A DNA stretch of 64,000 nucleotides from Synechococcales cyanobacterium VAR_4_metabat_354 (GCA_031414775.1 JANOQI010000062.1:160001-224000), one strand, 5' to 3'; counted from the stretch's first letter, positions 41,664 through 52,054 are shown. The notes: generated from the sequence alone by a model not told the origin. Numbers and translations are program-made.

Positions 41664-41707
41664 TAGATGGATGATTCGATCGCCTGACATCTTTAGAGAT
41701 AGTTGGT

Positions 41708-43096
41708 ATGAATAAAACTTTTTCTACTCCTGAATCCACCGGTTCACCAGATGCTCCGGCATTAACGACTGATTCTGAGGTGACTGTACTCGAAGAAAGT
41801 TCGCCTTCATCAACTGTTGATGCTGAAGTAACGGTACTCGAAGAAAAGCCGTTGACTAAGCCCCAGCGTCAGTTCCAGCTGCGTTTCCTGCTACCGATGG
41901 TCGCAGTGCTGGCTGTGGGCTATTGCGGCTGGCAGTATTTTGCGCCTAAACCAGCCGCTACATTCATCCCGGTCAGTGGGCGGATTGAAGCTGATGAAAC
42001 CGATATCGCCGCTAAAACTGGTGGCCGGATCGTGGCGATCCTAGTGCGGGAAGGCGATCTGGTGACGGCTGGACAAGTGGTCGCCAAAATTGAAGATTTA
42101 GAGGTGAACGAGCAGCTCAAAGGTGCGGCGGCTCAGGTCAATTCGGTTAAGCAAGAAGCGGCGCAAGCCCAGTTAGAAGTGGCCGTGGCCGATAGCCGTA
42201 TTCAAGAAGCAGCGGCCAACTTAGCCCAGTCCAAGGGGGATTCGCGCGGGCGAGTAGACCAGGCCAATTCCACAGTAGCGGTGGCTAAGGCTCAACTTGT
42301 CCAAGCCCAAGCCCAAGTGGGCGAGGCGCAGGCTCAAATTAGACAGGCCAGGGCTGAATGGCAATTGGCGCAAAAAAATCGCGACAGGTACAGCCAATTG
42401 GTGAAAGAAGGAGCCGTCAACCGTCAACAGTTTGACCAAGCTGAAACTACTGCTGACACTGCCCAGGCCAAGTTGGATAGTGCTCGGGCTGGTCTGGCCG
42501 TGCGCCTAGCAGCGGTAAAAACCGCTAGCGATCAATTTACCGCCTCTCAAGGTGGTCTTACCCAAAACCAATCTACTCAACTGAATCCAGTTATTCGGAA
42601 CAGCCAACTGGCGGCCTATCAGCAGCAAAAACAACAGGCTTATGCCAAACTAGCCGCAGCTCAAGCTAAGGTTCAAAACGCCGTAGCTAGCCAACAACAA
42701 GTCCAAAAACGCCTGGATTCTTTTCAGGTGAAGTCGCCCGTGGCCGGGGTGGTACAGTCTCGGACTCTGGAACCGGGAGCTGTCGTCGCCACTGGCAAAA
42801 CTCTGTTAACAGTGGTTGACCCCAAAACCGTGTATCTACGTGCTTATGTACCAGAGGGGGATCTGAGCAAAATTCATATCGGTCAAACCGCTCGCATTTT
42901 GTTGGATACCGACTCGAAACAAGCACTGACCGCGAAAGTTAGTTCGATCGATCCCAAAGCTTCTTTCACCCCCGAAAATATCTACTTCAAAAAAGATCGA
43001 GTCCGCCAAGTATTTGGCATCAAACTATCGATCGATCAAGACCGCGACTATGCTAAGCCCGGCATGCCTGCCGAGGCTGAGATCGATCTGAAGTAG
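41708..43096 (+). CDS. HlyD family efflux adaptor (YbhG-like)
   Basis: TM, SGRIEA, VREGD, long coiled coil, ASFTPENIY, KPGMPAE. Confidence 0.92.
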   Translation: MNKTFSTPESTGSPDAPALTTDSEVTVLEESSPSSTVDAEVTVLEEKPLTKPQRQFQLRFLLPMVAVLAVGYCGWQYFAPKPAATFIPVSGRIEADETDIAAKTGGRIVAILVREGDLVTAGQVVAKIEDLEVNEQLKGAAAQVNSVKQEAAQAQLEVAVADSRIQEAAANLAQSKGDSRGRVDQANSTVAVAKAQLVQAQAQVGEAQAQIRQARAEWQLAQKNRDRYSQLVKEGAVNRQQFDQAETTADTAQAKLDSARAGLAVRLAAVKTASDQFTASQGGLTQNQSTQLNPVIRNSQLAAYQQQKQQAYAKLAAAQAKVQNAVASQQQVQKRLDSFQVKSPVAGVVQSRTLEPGAVVATGKTLLTVVDPKTVYLRAYVPEGDLSKIHIGQTARILLDTDSKQALTAKVSSIDPKASFTPENIYFKKDRVRQVFGIKLSIDQDRDYAKPGMPAEAEIDLK

Positions 43097-43121
43097 CAGT
43101 TCTGAAATATGAGGTAAGGCC

Positions 43122-45116
43122 ATGCTGGAATCAGCAACTGAACTAACCAGGGATCTGGCTGTTGATCGATCGCTCCTTCCCCCAGTCATTCAAGTAACCG
43201 GACTACAAAAACACTACGGCAAATTGCTAGCCATCAAAGGAATTAACTTTGAGGTCTATCCCGGCGAAATCTTCGGCCTCATCGGACCCGATGGAGCCGG
43301 AAAAACCAGCACCTTCCACATCCTCGGCGGCGTAATGGAAGCCTCCGCAGGCACCATTGATGTTTTAGGCAAGAAACCGCGCAACGCTCGCCTCAATGTC
43401 GGTTACTTAACCCAGCAATTTTCCCTGTATCTGGATCTGAGCATTGATGAGAATCTCCGCTATGTCGCGGGGCTGCGGCGGGTAGCGGAGGAAGATTTCC
43501 AGCAACGGCGACAGCAGTACCTAAAATTAATGGGACTAGAGCAGATTGGTGACAGGTTAGCCGGTCAACTTTCTGGGGGTATGAAGCAAAAACTAGCCTT
43601 GTGTTGTGCGCTGATTCCCCAGCCCCAAATCTTACTACTGGATGAACCAACCACTGGTGTGGATCCGGTTTCTCGGCGGGAGTTTTGGGATGTGTTAGCA
43701 GCACTGGCCAACACTGGTATGACAATTGTAGTGGCTACACCCTACCTCGATGAAGCCGAACGCTGTAATCGGATTGCGCTGATGTACGAAGGGCAAATCC
43801 AAGAAATTGGTACCCTACCGCAACTGCGGGCTAATTTGGGACTACAACGTTTGGAAATCCGGACTAAAAAAATTGCTGCCATCGAACAGGCGCTATTAAA
43901 CTTAGTGGACTTCGATCGCACCGGCATTGCCGATGTTCAAACCTTTGGCGATCGACTAGATGTTTTAGTGGCCGATCCACAGGCTGCTGAAAGACAAATT
44001 CGGTTAGCACTGGCGCACTTTGACCTGGATAGCATTCAAACCACCGAAACCACCCTAGAAAATGTCTTTGTGACCCGGCTGCGCCAGCAAGGCTCCGATC
44101 CGCCGTTTATTCCTTTACCCGGCCTGGTGAGCAGATCTGGTTTGACCAAAAATAAATCATCAGATGATGTTCGATCGATCGCCATCGGTGCCCAAAATCT
44201 GCACAAAACCTTTGGCAATTTTCGGGCAGTCAAAGGAGTGAATTTGGACATTCACTACGGTGAAATTTACGGTTTACTGGGTGCCAACGGTGCTGGCAAA
44301 ACTACGGTTATTAAAATGCTGTGTGGATTACTGCCGCCCAGCAGTGGCCAACTGTCCCTAGCCGGACAAACTCAAGATCTGCGTAATGGCGATCTAAGGC
44401 GACGGATTGGTTACATGAGCCAAAAGTTCACCCTCTATGATGACTTGACCGTGGTGGAAAACCTAGAATTTTATTGCGGCATCTACGAAGTACCCACCAG
44501 GCTACGCCAGCAGAAAATTAACTGGGTGCTGGAGATTTGCGGCCTAGTCGGACAAGAGAAAATGCTGACCGGACGGCTACCAGGGGGGTGGAAACAGCGA
44601 GTGGCCTTTGGCGCTTCGGTGATGCATGAACCGGAAATTTTATTTCTGGATGAGCCAACCTCTGGCGTCGATCCCTTGGCGCGGCGACAATTCTGGCGCT
44701 TAATTGAAAATTTAGCCCAGCGTGGTACTGCCGTCCTTGTCACCACCCACTACCTGGAAGAAGCCGAGCAGTGCAACCGGATGGGCTTTATGGTCGCTGG
44801 AGAAGTGGTGCTGCAAGGTTCACCCAGCGAAGTCAAAGCTGCCCAACGGGGGCAGCTGGTCGAACTGCGGGTAAGTCGTAATCAACAAGCCTCCCATGTT
44901 TTGAGGTCTTATTTAGAGAGCTGGCGGGTATCGATCTTTGGCGACAGGTTACATGTGGTGCTAGATCATCCTGATCGCGAAATCCCCCAAATCCAATCCC
45001 TGTTAGATAATGCCCAGATCCAAGTCCAATCAGTTCGCCCGGTGCCCTTTTCCCTCGAAGATGCTTTCATTAGCGTCGTCCAACGGGCAGGAGCGGGTGG
45101 ACATGCTGCCGAATAG
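43122..45116 (+). CDS. ABC transporter ATP-binding protein with two NBDs (YbhF-like)
   Basis: GPDGAGKTS/LSGGMKQK/LDEPT and GANGAGKTT/LPGGWKQR/LDEPT. Confidence 0.94.
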   Translation: MLESATELTRDLAVDRSLLPPVIQVTGLQKHYGKLLAIKGINFEVYPGEIFGLIGPDGAGKTSTFHILGGVMEASAGTIDVLGKKPRNARLNVGYLTQQFSLYLDLSIDENLRYVAGLRRVAEEDFQQRRQQYLKLMGLEQIGDRLAGQLSGGMKQKLALCCALIPQPQILLLDEPTTGVDPVSRREFWDVLAALANTGMTIVVATPYLDEAERCNRIALMYEGQIQEIGTLPQLRANLGLQRLEIRTKKIAAIEQALLNLVDFDRTGIADVQTFGDRLDVLVADPQAAERQIRLALAHFDLDSIQTTETTLENVFVTRLRQQGSDPPFIPLPGLVSRSGLTKNKSSDDVRSIAIGAQNLHKTFGNFRAVKGVNLDIHYGEIYGLLGANGAGKTTVIKMLCGLLPPSSGQLSLAGQTQDLRNGDLRRRIGYMSQKFTLYDDLTVVENLEFYCGIYEVPTRLRQQKINWVLEICGLVGQEKMLTGRLPGGWKQRVAFGASVMHEPEILFLDEPTSGVDPLARRQFWRLIENLAQRGTAVLVTTHYLEEAEQCNRMGFMVAGEVVLQGSPSEVKAAQRGQLVELRVSRNQQASHVLRSYLESWRVSIFGDRLHVVLDHPDREIPQIQSLLDNAQIQVQSVRPVPFSLEDAFISVVQRAGAGGHAAE

Positions 45117-45247
45117 CTAAGTGGCAATACATCGAGTTTATTTGTAAATAAAACTAACAATATAGTCCCAGTACAGTGATGTACTTATATTATTTCCTAT
45201 AATAGGTAAAATCTACTATAGATACAGACAAGATCACCTGCAATTTT

Positions 45248-45973
45248 ATGATTTATCCTTTACCACCAAAAGTAAGTAAGTTATTGCCTGATCTGCTAAA
45301 TAAAGGAATGATTCAGCTTGATTTAGATGGCGAAATACCAATTTTTCGAGCATCTACAATTATGCAAAAAAGAGTGGCTATTTTACAAGAATCCAGCGAT
45401 TCCAATAAATTACTAGAACAAGAAGAATTGCTTTGTCATGAAGAGATGCAGGCTTATCTTTCTTTTGTAGAACAATCTTTGCATAAAATATCTGAAAGAG
45501 AGCAAAATCATTTAATTGAGCAGTATAAAATTTGTATCGAAATGGCAGATAGAGTCACGGAGAGAAGAACCAAGATAAGTAGTTTTTATCTTTCTGTTTT
45601 GACAGGCCTATTAGTATTTTCATCCCTTCCTTACTTCAAAGATAGTATTGTTATCAATCCTAGTAGGCAAATAACGCTAATGACTAGTTTCACTGGTGCA
45701 TTTATCTGTATCTTGTGGTGGATAAATATAGCATCTTATAAAAATTTAAATTCTATCAAATTCACAGTTATTCGTGAAATGGAGAAAAACTTGCCATATC
45801 CCTGCTTTGAAAGAGAATGGGATACAAAATCTTCTAATGTCGAGAAGTACAAAAAGCTAAGAAAAGCAGAATCGTTCGTCCCCATAGTAATAGCAATTCC
45901 TTTTCCTTATCTCATCATTTCACTTACTAGTATTTATGATTTATTTTCATTGTTCTTAAATAGATCCAGATAA
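45248..45973 (+). CDS. Membrane protein: N-terminal soluble domain + 3-TM domain resembling the 'RipA/octameric membrane protein' type
   Basis: EQYKICIEMADRVTERR..SSFY, W...IASYKNLNSIKFTVIREMEKNLP..EREW; three hydrophobic segments; family name recalled, not searched. Confidence 0.65.
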   Translation: MIYPLPPKVSKLLPDLLNKGMIQLDLDGEIPIFRASTIMQKRVAILQESSDSNKLLEQEELLCHEEMQAYLSFVEQSLHKISEREQNHLIEQYKICIEMADRVTERRTKISSFYLSVLTGLLVFSSLPYFKDSIVINPSRQITLMTSFTGAFICILWWINIASYKNLNSIKFTVIREMEKNLPYPCFEREWDTKSSNVEKYKKLRKAESFVPIVIAIPFPYLIISLTSIYDLFSLFLNRSR

Positions 45974-46002
45974 CTTAAAACACCATATTACGAGGTTGGA
46001 TT

Positions 46003-48066
46003 ATGCATACAAATGAAACTAGAAGAATTTTTATATCTTGGTCTGGTAAATGGGGTAGAGAAATCGCTGATTTTCTCAGCGAAAGAATGTTTGCAATTAA
46101 TGGTTACGAAGCATGGGTTTCCTTTAGAGATATTCAAAGAGGAGCAGAATGGTATTCTGCAACTATGGAAAAACTAAGTGAATCTGATGTGGGAATTTTT
46201 TGCTTTACACCTGGAGTGTTAACTAGTCCTTGGTTCAATTTTGAGGCTGGATACATGGCAGGCAAAGGATATATAGAAAGCAGAGAATCAAGACAGGAAA
46301 ATAACGAAAACCAAAGACAGTCTCATAGACTTTATGTTATTCAATTTGGAGACGAAAATATATATACCCCTCTAGATCGATATCAATCTACAACGGCGAA
46401 TCAAATAAATGATTGGGTAGATTTAGTTTCACAAATCACAGATGATCCAAATTTTAGTAGAACGTGGGTAAATGATAGGTATCCTGAATTAGAGAGACTA
46501 CTAAGAAAGAATGAAAAACCACCTTTGAAATATTTTAATGATTTGAATAAAACATTAGTTGATATATGCAAAACTATTGATATACTCAACAATAGAAATC
46601 AAGTTGCAATGGAAAACATATGTTTCCATAAAATTATTTTAGAATCTTATCAAGATATCAAAAATAGAACGAAGAAAATAAGTAATAGCTACTCAATTCC
46701 ATCTTATTATTATGCACCTTCCTTATTTTCTTTGCAAGATGATGTTAATATACAGCCAATAGTTAAAGCTATCGCTTTAGTTAATATGGAAGAACAATTT
46801 TGGTCACAGTTAGCAGGTAGAGAAATACTTCGTACTTCCAAACCTGAAAATATTCGCATATTTGTTTTTAAAGATGATAAAGATTTTAATAATTTTTATG
46901 AGACTTTAAGTGTACATTCTAGAAAATATCAAGTTTATGCAATCAGTAGTAAAAATTTATTAGATATCGTTGGTGCAGATTATGCAACTGATTTTTCAAT
47001 TATACAATCTTCAATCAATGGAGATCGTATTCTTGCTCTTTATGAGGATGCAAATAATCTGCTCGACAAAGGGATTTGTTTCACATGTGATCAAGATCAT
47101 ATAAATGAATATGAAGACAGATTCCAACATATTTTAAATTTTAAATATCTTGTCAATATCTCTATAATTATAGAAACGAATACTATTGAGGATCTGAGTA
47201 AGACAATCTTCCAATCGACAAATACACTTTTGAAAAAACCGATAGAAATGTCTGCATATATTGATATAACAGATTATGATAGGCATGAGGAAAATCATGC
47301 TTACTATCAAGATATGATGCAACATATGATTTATATCTGCTTAGATCACTCCCAAAAGTTGAATAATAATTCAATATCTATTTTAGAGATGGGAGCTGGC
47401 ACGGGGATCTTCAGTCTTCGGCTAATTGAAAACATAAATAGTCTAGTTAAGCTTGATATTATTGAAATCGACTGGCATTGTTTTCATCTTCTAAAATCCA
47501 AAATAAAAGAATGTTTTAACGCAAATACAATTATTTCTGATGTTGCCGACAAACTTGAAATAAATATTGAACACCGTGAACGCAATACTCGTATCAATGT
47601 TTATCACAAAGATAGTAGATGGTATGACCCAAATGGAAAATTTGATTACATTGTTTCGTCTTTCGCCGATCATCATATTCACGATTTTGACAAGCAAAAA
47701 TATTTCGATAATGTCAAAAGAAATTTAAATTCTAATGGATTATTTATTATTGGAGATGAATTTTTAAGGGTATATGATCAAAATAAAACAGATGACAAAA
47801 GAAATGCTTTAGAAGACTATCATAATCATATTATAAATATTGCTAAAAGAGAAGGACACCATGTTCTTGTCTCTTTAGAACAAGCAGCTTTAGAATCAGG
47901 AATTAAAGGAATAGGTGATTTCAAAGTTTCTTGTGAAGAATATGAGAGATATTTAGATAATGCTGGTTTTAGATTTGATGAGCCTCAAAAAATAGGTCCG
48001 TTAGAACTAGATAATGTTGGAGGAATTTACGTTTACAAATGTAAATTCAGTAAGAACGAAGATTGA
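46003..48066 (+). CDS. TIR domain - central domain - class I SAM-dependent methyltransferase fusion
   Basis: TIR: RIFISWSG, WVSFRDIQRGAEW, SPWFNFEAG; MTase: ILEMGAGTG, IIEID, FDYIVSSFADHHI, LNSNGLFIIGDEF. Confidence 0.85.
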   Translation: MHTNETRRIFISWSGKWGREIADFLSERMFAINGYEAWVSFRDIQRGAEWYSATMEKLSESDVGIFCFTPGVLTSPWFNFEAGYMAGKGYIESRESRQENNENQRQSHRLYVIQFGDENIYTPLDRYQSTTANQINDWVDLVSQITDDPNFSRTWVNDRYPELERLLRKNEKPPLKYFNDLNKTLVDICKTIDILNNRNQVAMENICFHKIILESYQDIKNRTKKISNSYSIPSYYYAPSLFSLQDDVNIQPIVKAIALVNMEEQFWSQLAGREILRTSKPENIRIFVFKDDKDFNNFYETLSVHSRKYQVYAISSKNLLDIVGADYATDFSIIQSSINGDRILALYEDANNLLDKGICFTCDQDHINEYEDRFQHILNFKYLVNISIIIETNTIEDLSKTIFQSTNTLLKKPIEMSAYIDITDYDRHEENHAYYQDMMQHMIYICLDHSQKLNNNSISILEMGAGTGIFSLRLIENINSLVKLDIIEIDWHCFHLLKSKIKECFNANTIISDVADKLEINIEHRERNTRINVYHKDSRWYDPNGKFDYIVSSFADHHIHDFDKQKYFDNVKRNLNSNGLFIIGDEFLRVYDQNKTDDKRNALEDYHNHIINIAKREGHHVLVSLEQAALESGIKGIGDFKVSCEEYERYLDNAGFRFDEPQKIGPLELDNVGGIYVYKCKFSKNED

Positions 48067-48157
48067 TATTTATATTGATCTATCCCTGATTTATCACTCT
48101 AAAATCTTCTAGCCTTATTTCTTCACCTTTAGTCAATAAATGTAGGGCTTAATATCT

Positions 48158-49258
48158 ATGTCTCGCATTATTACTCAATGTCGTAAAGAACTAGCACAGT
48201 TCCGACGCGATCAATTAACCCTCGCTTTGGCCTTTGTTCTGCCGTTTCTAACCTTGCTGATTTTTGGTTTTGCGATTCGCTTAGAAGCCAAGGATATTCC
48301 CTTGGTCGTGCAAGACTTCGATCGCAGTAATTTGAGTCAACGCTACACCGAACGCTTATTTACTACCAATCAGTTTATCCCGGTGGCCTGGAGTGGTGAT
48401 GCTGAGATAGCCTTGGATCGAAACATGGCTAAGGCTGTAGTAATTGTGCCACCAGATTTCAGCCGTTATTTGACCGCCGAAAAACCCACTGAAATCCAAG
48501 TTTTAGTTGATGGCACCGATGCCAATAACGCCCGGGTGATTAAGAACAGCATAAAAGCAATCACTCAATCCTTTCTACAAACCGAAAAATTGATCCCTAA
48601 CACAGTTCCCATTACCACCCATACCCGTCTGTGGTTCAATCCGGGGCGACAGGAATCGCTTTATATCGTACCGGGGGTGTATGCCGTAGTCCTTTGGATT
48701 TTCCCCTCCCTATTGTCCGCGATCGCGATGGTACGCGAAAAAGAAAAGGGCACGATTTTACAAGTCTACGCCTCAGATATGAGTGCTGAAGAATTGATTC
48801 TAGGTAAGGTTTTAGCCTATTCGATCGTCGGCTTAGGAATGACGATCGGCACCATGGGCCTAGGTGCTCTGATCTTTCAACTCCGTTTAGCTGGCGACCC
48901 CACTCCGCTGCTGATTGGCACACCACTATATGTGGCGACCAGTGTGATGTTTGGCACTATGCTCGGTGCCCATGCCAGTAATCAAAATGCCGCTGTCCAA
49001 GGAGTATCACTAGTGGGTTTCTTGACGGCTTTACTCCTGTCGGGGTTTATCTATCCCCTCAACAATATTCCCTTTCCCCTGTCACTGGTCTCTAATATTA
49101 TTCCTGCCCGCTATTTTATTACTATTACCCGTGATGCCTATGTACGTGGGGTGGGCTGGCCGGGAGTCTGGTTTAGCTTGCTGATGATTTTAGTGTTGGG
49201 ATTGTTGCTGTTCAACGTGGCGCGGAAATCTCTCAGTCGGATGCAGTTAGGAGATTAA
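48158..49258 (+). CDS. ABC-2 type transporter permease (YbhS-like)
   Basis: KELAQFRRD, DGTDAN, WFNPG, REKEKGT, LSGFIYP. Confidence 0.92.
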   Translation: MSRIITQCRKELAQFRRDQLTLALAFVLPFLTLLIFGFAIRLEAKDIPLVVQDFDRSNLSQRYTERLFTTNQFIPVAWSGDAEIALDRNMAKAVVIVPPDFSRYLTAEKPTEIQVLVDGTDANNARVIKNSIKAITQSFLQTEKLIPNTVPITTHTRLWFNPGRQESLYIVPGVYAVVLWIFPSLLSAIAMVREKEKGTILQVYASDMSAEELILGKVLAYSIVGLGMTIGTMGLGALIFQLRLAGDPTPLLIGTPLYVATSVMFGTMLGAHASNQNAAVQGVSLVGFLTALLLSGFIYPLNNIPFPLSLVSNIIPARYFITITRDAYVRGVGWPGVWFSLLMILVLGLLLFNVARKSLSRMQLGD

Positions 49259-49259
49259 C

Positions 49260-50381
49260 ATGATCTTTAAACATTTTTTTGCCAGTCGCTTTTGGGCTTT
49301 AGTTCGCAAAGAAATTAACCAGATTTTGCGGAACAGGCAGTTAATCGTTTTACTAATTATTCCACCAACAATTCAGTTGTTGATTTATGGCTTTGCCCTA
49401 AACCCCGATGTGAATCATATCAAGCTGGGGATCGTGGACTATGCCCGCACCAACGAGAGTCGAGAATTAGTCTCCGCCCTCACTGTCAATCGAGTATTTG
49501 ATGCCCAAGCGCTGCTGTTGAACGAAAATGTTTTAGCCCAACAAGTGGAAACTGGCCAACTTTCTGCTGGGATCGTGATTCCGCCAGAATTCAGCCGAAA
49601 TCTTGCTGCTGGTAAAGCGGCTGACATTCAGGTGGTGATTGATGGCGTAGATGCCAACACCGCGGGGATTGCTAGCGGCTACATCAGTCAAATTGTGCGG
49701 CAGTTTAGCCAACAATATTTGAATCCTAGGGCGGTCGCCCCTCTGAGTACCCAAGTTGTTTTTCTCTATAACCAAGGGCTAACTAGTAGTTGGTTTTTTG
49801 TGCCGGGGGTGATGGGTCTGGTGCTTACTTTGATTGGATCGATCGTATCTTCTGTCACCGTCATTAAAGAAAAGGACACCGGTACCTTAGAGCAGCTTTT
49901 GATGACACCAGCCGAACCTTGGGAGATTTTGCTGGCTAAAGTAGTACCCCTATTTTGTTTATTGATGGGTGATGTGTTACTGGCACTGACCATCGGCACC
50001 ATCATTTTTAGTGTGCCATTTCGCGGTAACTTCCTGTTGTTTATGGGCTTATCTGGGCTGTATGTATTTGTGGGAATTGGGGTGGGCATTATGCTGGCGA
50101 CGGTTTGCCAATCGCAGCAACAAGTGGTGTTAACTACCTTTTTCATCAACTTGCCAATGGTGCAACTTTCCGGGGCAATCGCTCCGATCGAGACGATGCC
50201 AACTTTCTTCCAAACCCTATCACTGCTTAATCCGCTGCGTCATTACATTGCGATCGTCCGGGGAATTTTGCTCAAAGGTGTCGGGTTAGAGGCTCTCTGG
50301 ATGCACGCTCTGGCGCTGGCCTGTTTTGCGGTGGTGCTATTAACAATTAGCACCAACCGCTTCCGCAATCAAGTTGGCTAG
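49260..50381 (+). CDS. ABC-2 type transporter permease (YbhR-like)
   Basis: KEINQILR, DGVDAN, KEKDTGTLEQLLMTP, LSGAIAPIETMP. Confidence 0.92.
   Translation: MIFKHFFASRFWALVRKEINQILRNRQLIVLLIIPPTIQLLIYGFALNPDVNHIKLGIVDYARTNESRELVSALTVNRVFDAQALLLNENVLAQQVETGQLSAGIVIPPEFSRNLAAGKAADIQVVIDGVDANTAGIASGYISQIVRQFSQQYLNPRAVAPLSTQVVFLYNQGLTSSWFFVPGVMGLVLTLIGSIVSSVTVIKEKDTGTLEQLLMTPAEPWEILLAKVVPLFCLLMGDVLLALTIGTIIFSVPFRGNFLLFMGLSGLYVFVGIGVGIMLATVCQSQQQVVLTTFFINLPMVQLSGAIAPIETMPTFFQTLSLLNPLRHYIAIVRGILLKGVGLEALWMHALALACFAVVLLTISTNRFRNQVG
50296..50381 (+). repeat. Left copy of an 86-bp direct repeat (3' end of permease)
   Basis: 77/86 identical to 54105-54190 by manual alignment. Confidence 0.93.
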
Positions 50382-50495
50382 AAATACCTATGCAATAGAT
50401 ATTCAGTACTTTGTGACATTCTCGGTTAAACAGCTTATTTTGAATAACTTCACAATTTATTTCACACTGCTGTTATAAGATACATATATTAGGGA

Positions 50496-51362
50496 ATGAT
50501 ACGAATACTCACATGTTCCATTCCCGTAACATGTCTGCGAAACTCGCAAAAGGCAAGTATTACAGTGAATAATACAAATCCACTGATCGCACCACCACCG
50601 CTAGAAGTGCCATTGAAAAATGCACCTTTGGTGAGAGCAATAGCGCAAGTAAGGTTTCCGCCGATTTTATCGATCGAGGAGCAAAAATTTGTAGGTCCCT
50701 TTCAAGAGGCAATTCGGGAAAAATATCCGATTTTAGAGCCAATCCAAACCCAAAACGTAATATTCAACACTGAAGGTGTGTTGGTAAATCCTCCGACACC
50801 TCAGACTACTTGGTGTTTTTGGAATGTAGATCGGACTTGGCGGATTTCATTGGCAAGTAGTGCTGTATCAATTGAGACAACTAAATATACTAGTCGCAGT
50901 GACTTTTTATCTCGGTTAGAAAGTTTACTTGTAACACTTCATAGTAGTTTTCGCTTGTCGCAGATCGATCGATTGGGACTGCGCTATATTGATCGGATTG
51001 TCGGTCAAAATTTGCAAGATATTTCTCAATTAATTAGACCCGAAATGGCTGGTATTATTTGTAGCGATCTTCAGGAGTACGTACATCAAGTTTTACATGA
51101 ATCATTATTTTTGTTGCCATCAGGAGAAGCACAAATCGCCGCCAGATGGGGTGTTATGCCTGCAAATTATACTTTTGATCCCTACGGAATAGAAGCTATT
51201 CCCGAGAGTAGTTGGATACTCGACCTAGATATGTCTGCGGTAAAAGTCCAAGAATTCAGCGTTGAATCTCTAATGCAACAGGCTAACAATTTTACTGAGA
51301 GACTTTATACATTCTTTCGCTGGGTAGTAACTGATGAATTCTTACAACGCTATGGTGGTTAA
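50496..51362 (+). CDS. TIGR04255-like family protein
   Basis: LKNAPLVRAIAQVRF, ETTKYTSRSDF, RLGLRYID, WILDLD, FFRWVVTDEF; real start may be GTG 50565. Confidence 0.8.
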   Translation: MIRILTCSIPVTCLRNSQKASITVNNTNPLIAPPPLEVPLKNAPLVRAIAQVRFPPILSIEEQKFVGPFQEAIREKYPILEPIQTQNVIFNTEGVLVNPPTPQTTWCFWNVDRTWRISLASSAVSIETTKYTSRSDFLSRLESLLVTLHSSFRLSQIDRLGLRYIDRIVGQNLQDISQLIRPEMAGIICSDLQEYVHQVLHESLFLLPSGEAQIAARWGVMPANYTFDPYGIEAIPESSWILDLDMSAVKVQEFSVESLMQQANNFTERLYTFFRWVVTDEFLQRYGG

Positions 51363-51364
51363 TC

Positions 51365-52054
51365 ATGAATACTCTTTTAGAAAAAACGACTAATCAAAGA
51401 CTATTATCAAAGTGCCAAAGACCAGCATTAGACAGTAGATTTATATCAAATGTTGCAATTTTTGTTGTCGATTACAGTACAACAGTCAGGAGAGAAACCG
51501 ACTATCTTCATCTTTCAGCTGCCCTAAAGATGACCACCAGTGGTGTAGAAATACGATCGACTGTCTCACAAGTATTACTATCAACTCCGCCAGGAAGAAC
51601 TACGCAGCAAGCAATAAATGAATTAAGAAAATTAAGTGGATTAACTTGGGAACAACTTGCCACCCTCTTCAATGTTTCTCGCCGTAGCGTTCATTTTTGG
51701 GCAAGTGGACAACCCCTTACTTCTGCAAATGAACAGAAATTAAATCGAATTCTGGACGTAGTTGAGTACATTTCTCGTAGTATTTCCAGTCGCAATCGCA
51801 GTTTACTGATGGACATTGCTAATGATGGGAAATCCTACCTAGATCTGCTTGCAGCAGGTGAATACGATCAAGTCAAACATTTGCTCGGTGCGGGTAATGC
51901 ACCAGCAAAACCCAAACTAGGGCAACTATCACCCGCCGCAGAAATGTCGCGACTACCACCAAATCCAGCAGATCTGGTAGATGCCCTCCAAGATTCAATT
52001 CATCATGAAGTGGGCAAATCGAGAGCGGCTAAAAGTGTGAGGAGTCGAAATTAA
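51365..52054 (+). CDS. XRE-type HTH protein with long N- and C-terminal extensions
   Basis: INELRKLSGLTWEQLATLFNVSRRSVHFWASG; starts 2 nt after the upstream stop. Confidence 0.82.
   Translation: MNTLLEKTTNQRLLSKCQRPALDSRFISNVAIFVVDYSTTVRRETDYLHLSAALKMTTSGVEIRSTVSQVLLSTPPGRTTQQAINELRKLSGLTWEQLATLFNVSRRSVHFWASGQPLTSANEQKLNRILDVVEYISRSISSRNRSLLMDIANDGKSYLDLLAAGEYDQVKHLLGAGNAPAKPKLGQLSPAAEMSRLPPNPADLVDALQDSIHHEVGKSRAAKSVRSRN

Larger units (their letters stand above)
45117..48157. mobile_element. AT-rich two-gene accessory island inside the ABC operon
   Basis: Abrupt shift to AT-rich composition by eye; no CGATCG found on manual scan; separates the ATPase from its permeases; no integrase seen. 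Confidence 0.75.

Noticed and set aside
41768..41848. Duplicated D(S/A)EVTVLEE segment in the HlyD N-terminus
   Set aside because: Short diverged duplication in a disordered cytoplasmic tail; no evident functional signal
45100..48170. Direct repeats or att sites flanking the TIR island
   Set aside because: No duplicated sequence found by eye at either junction; boundaries rest on composition and gene order only
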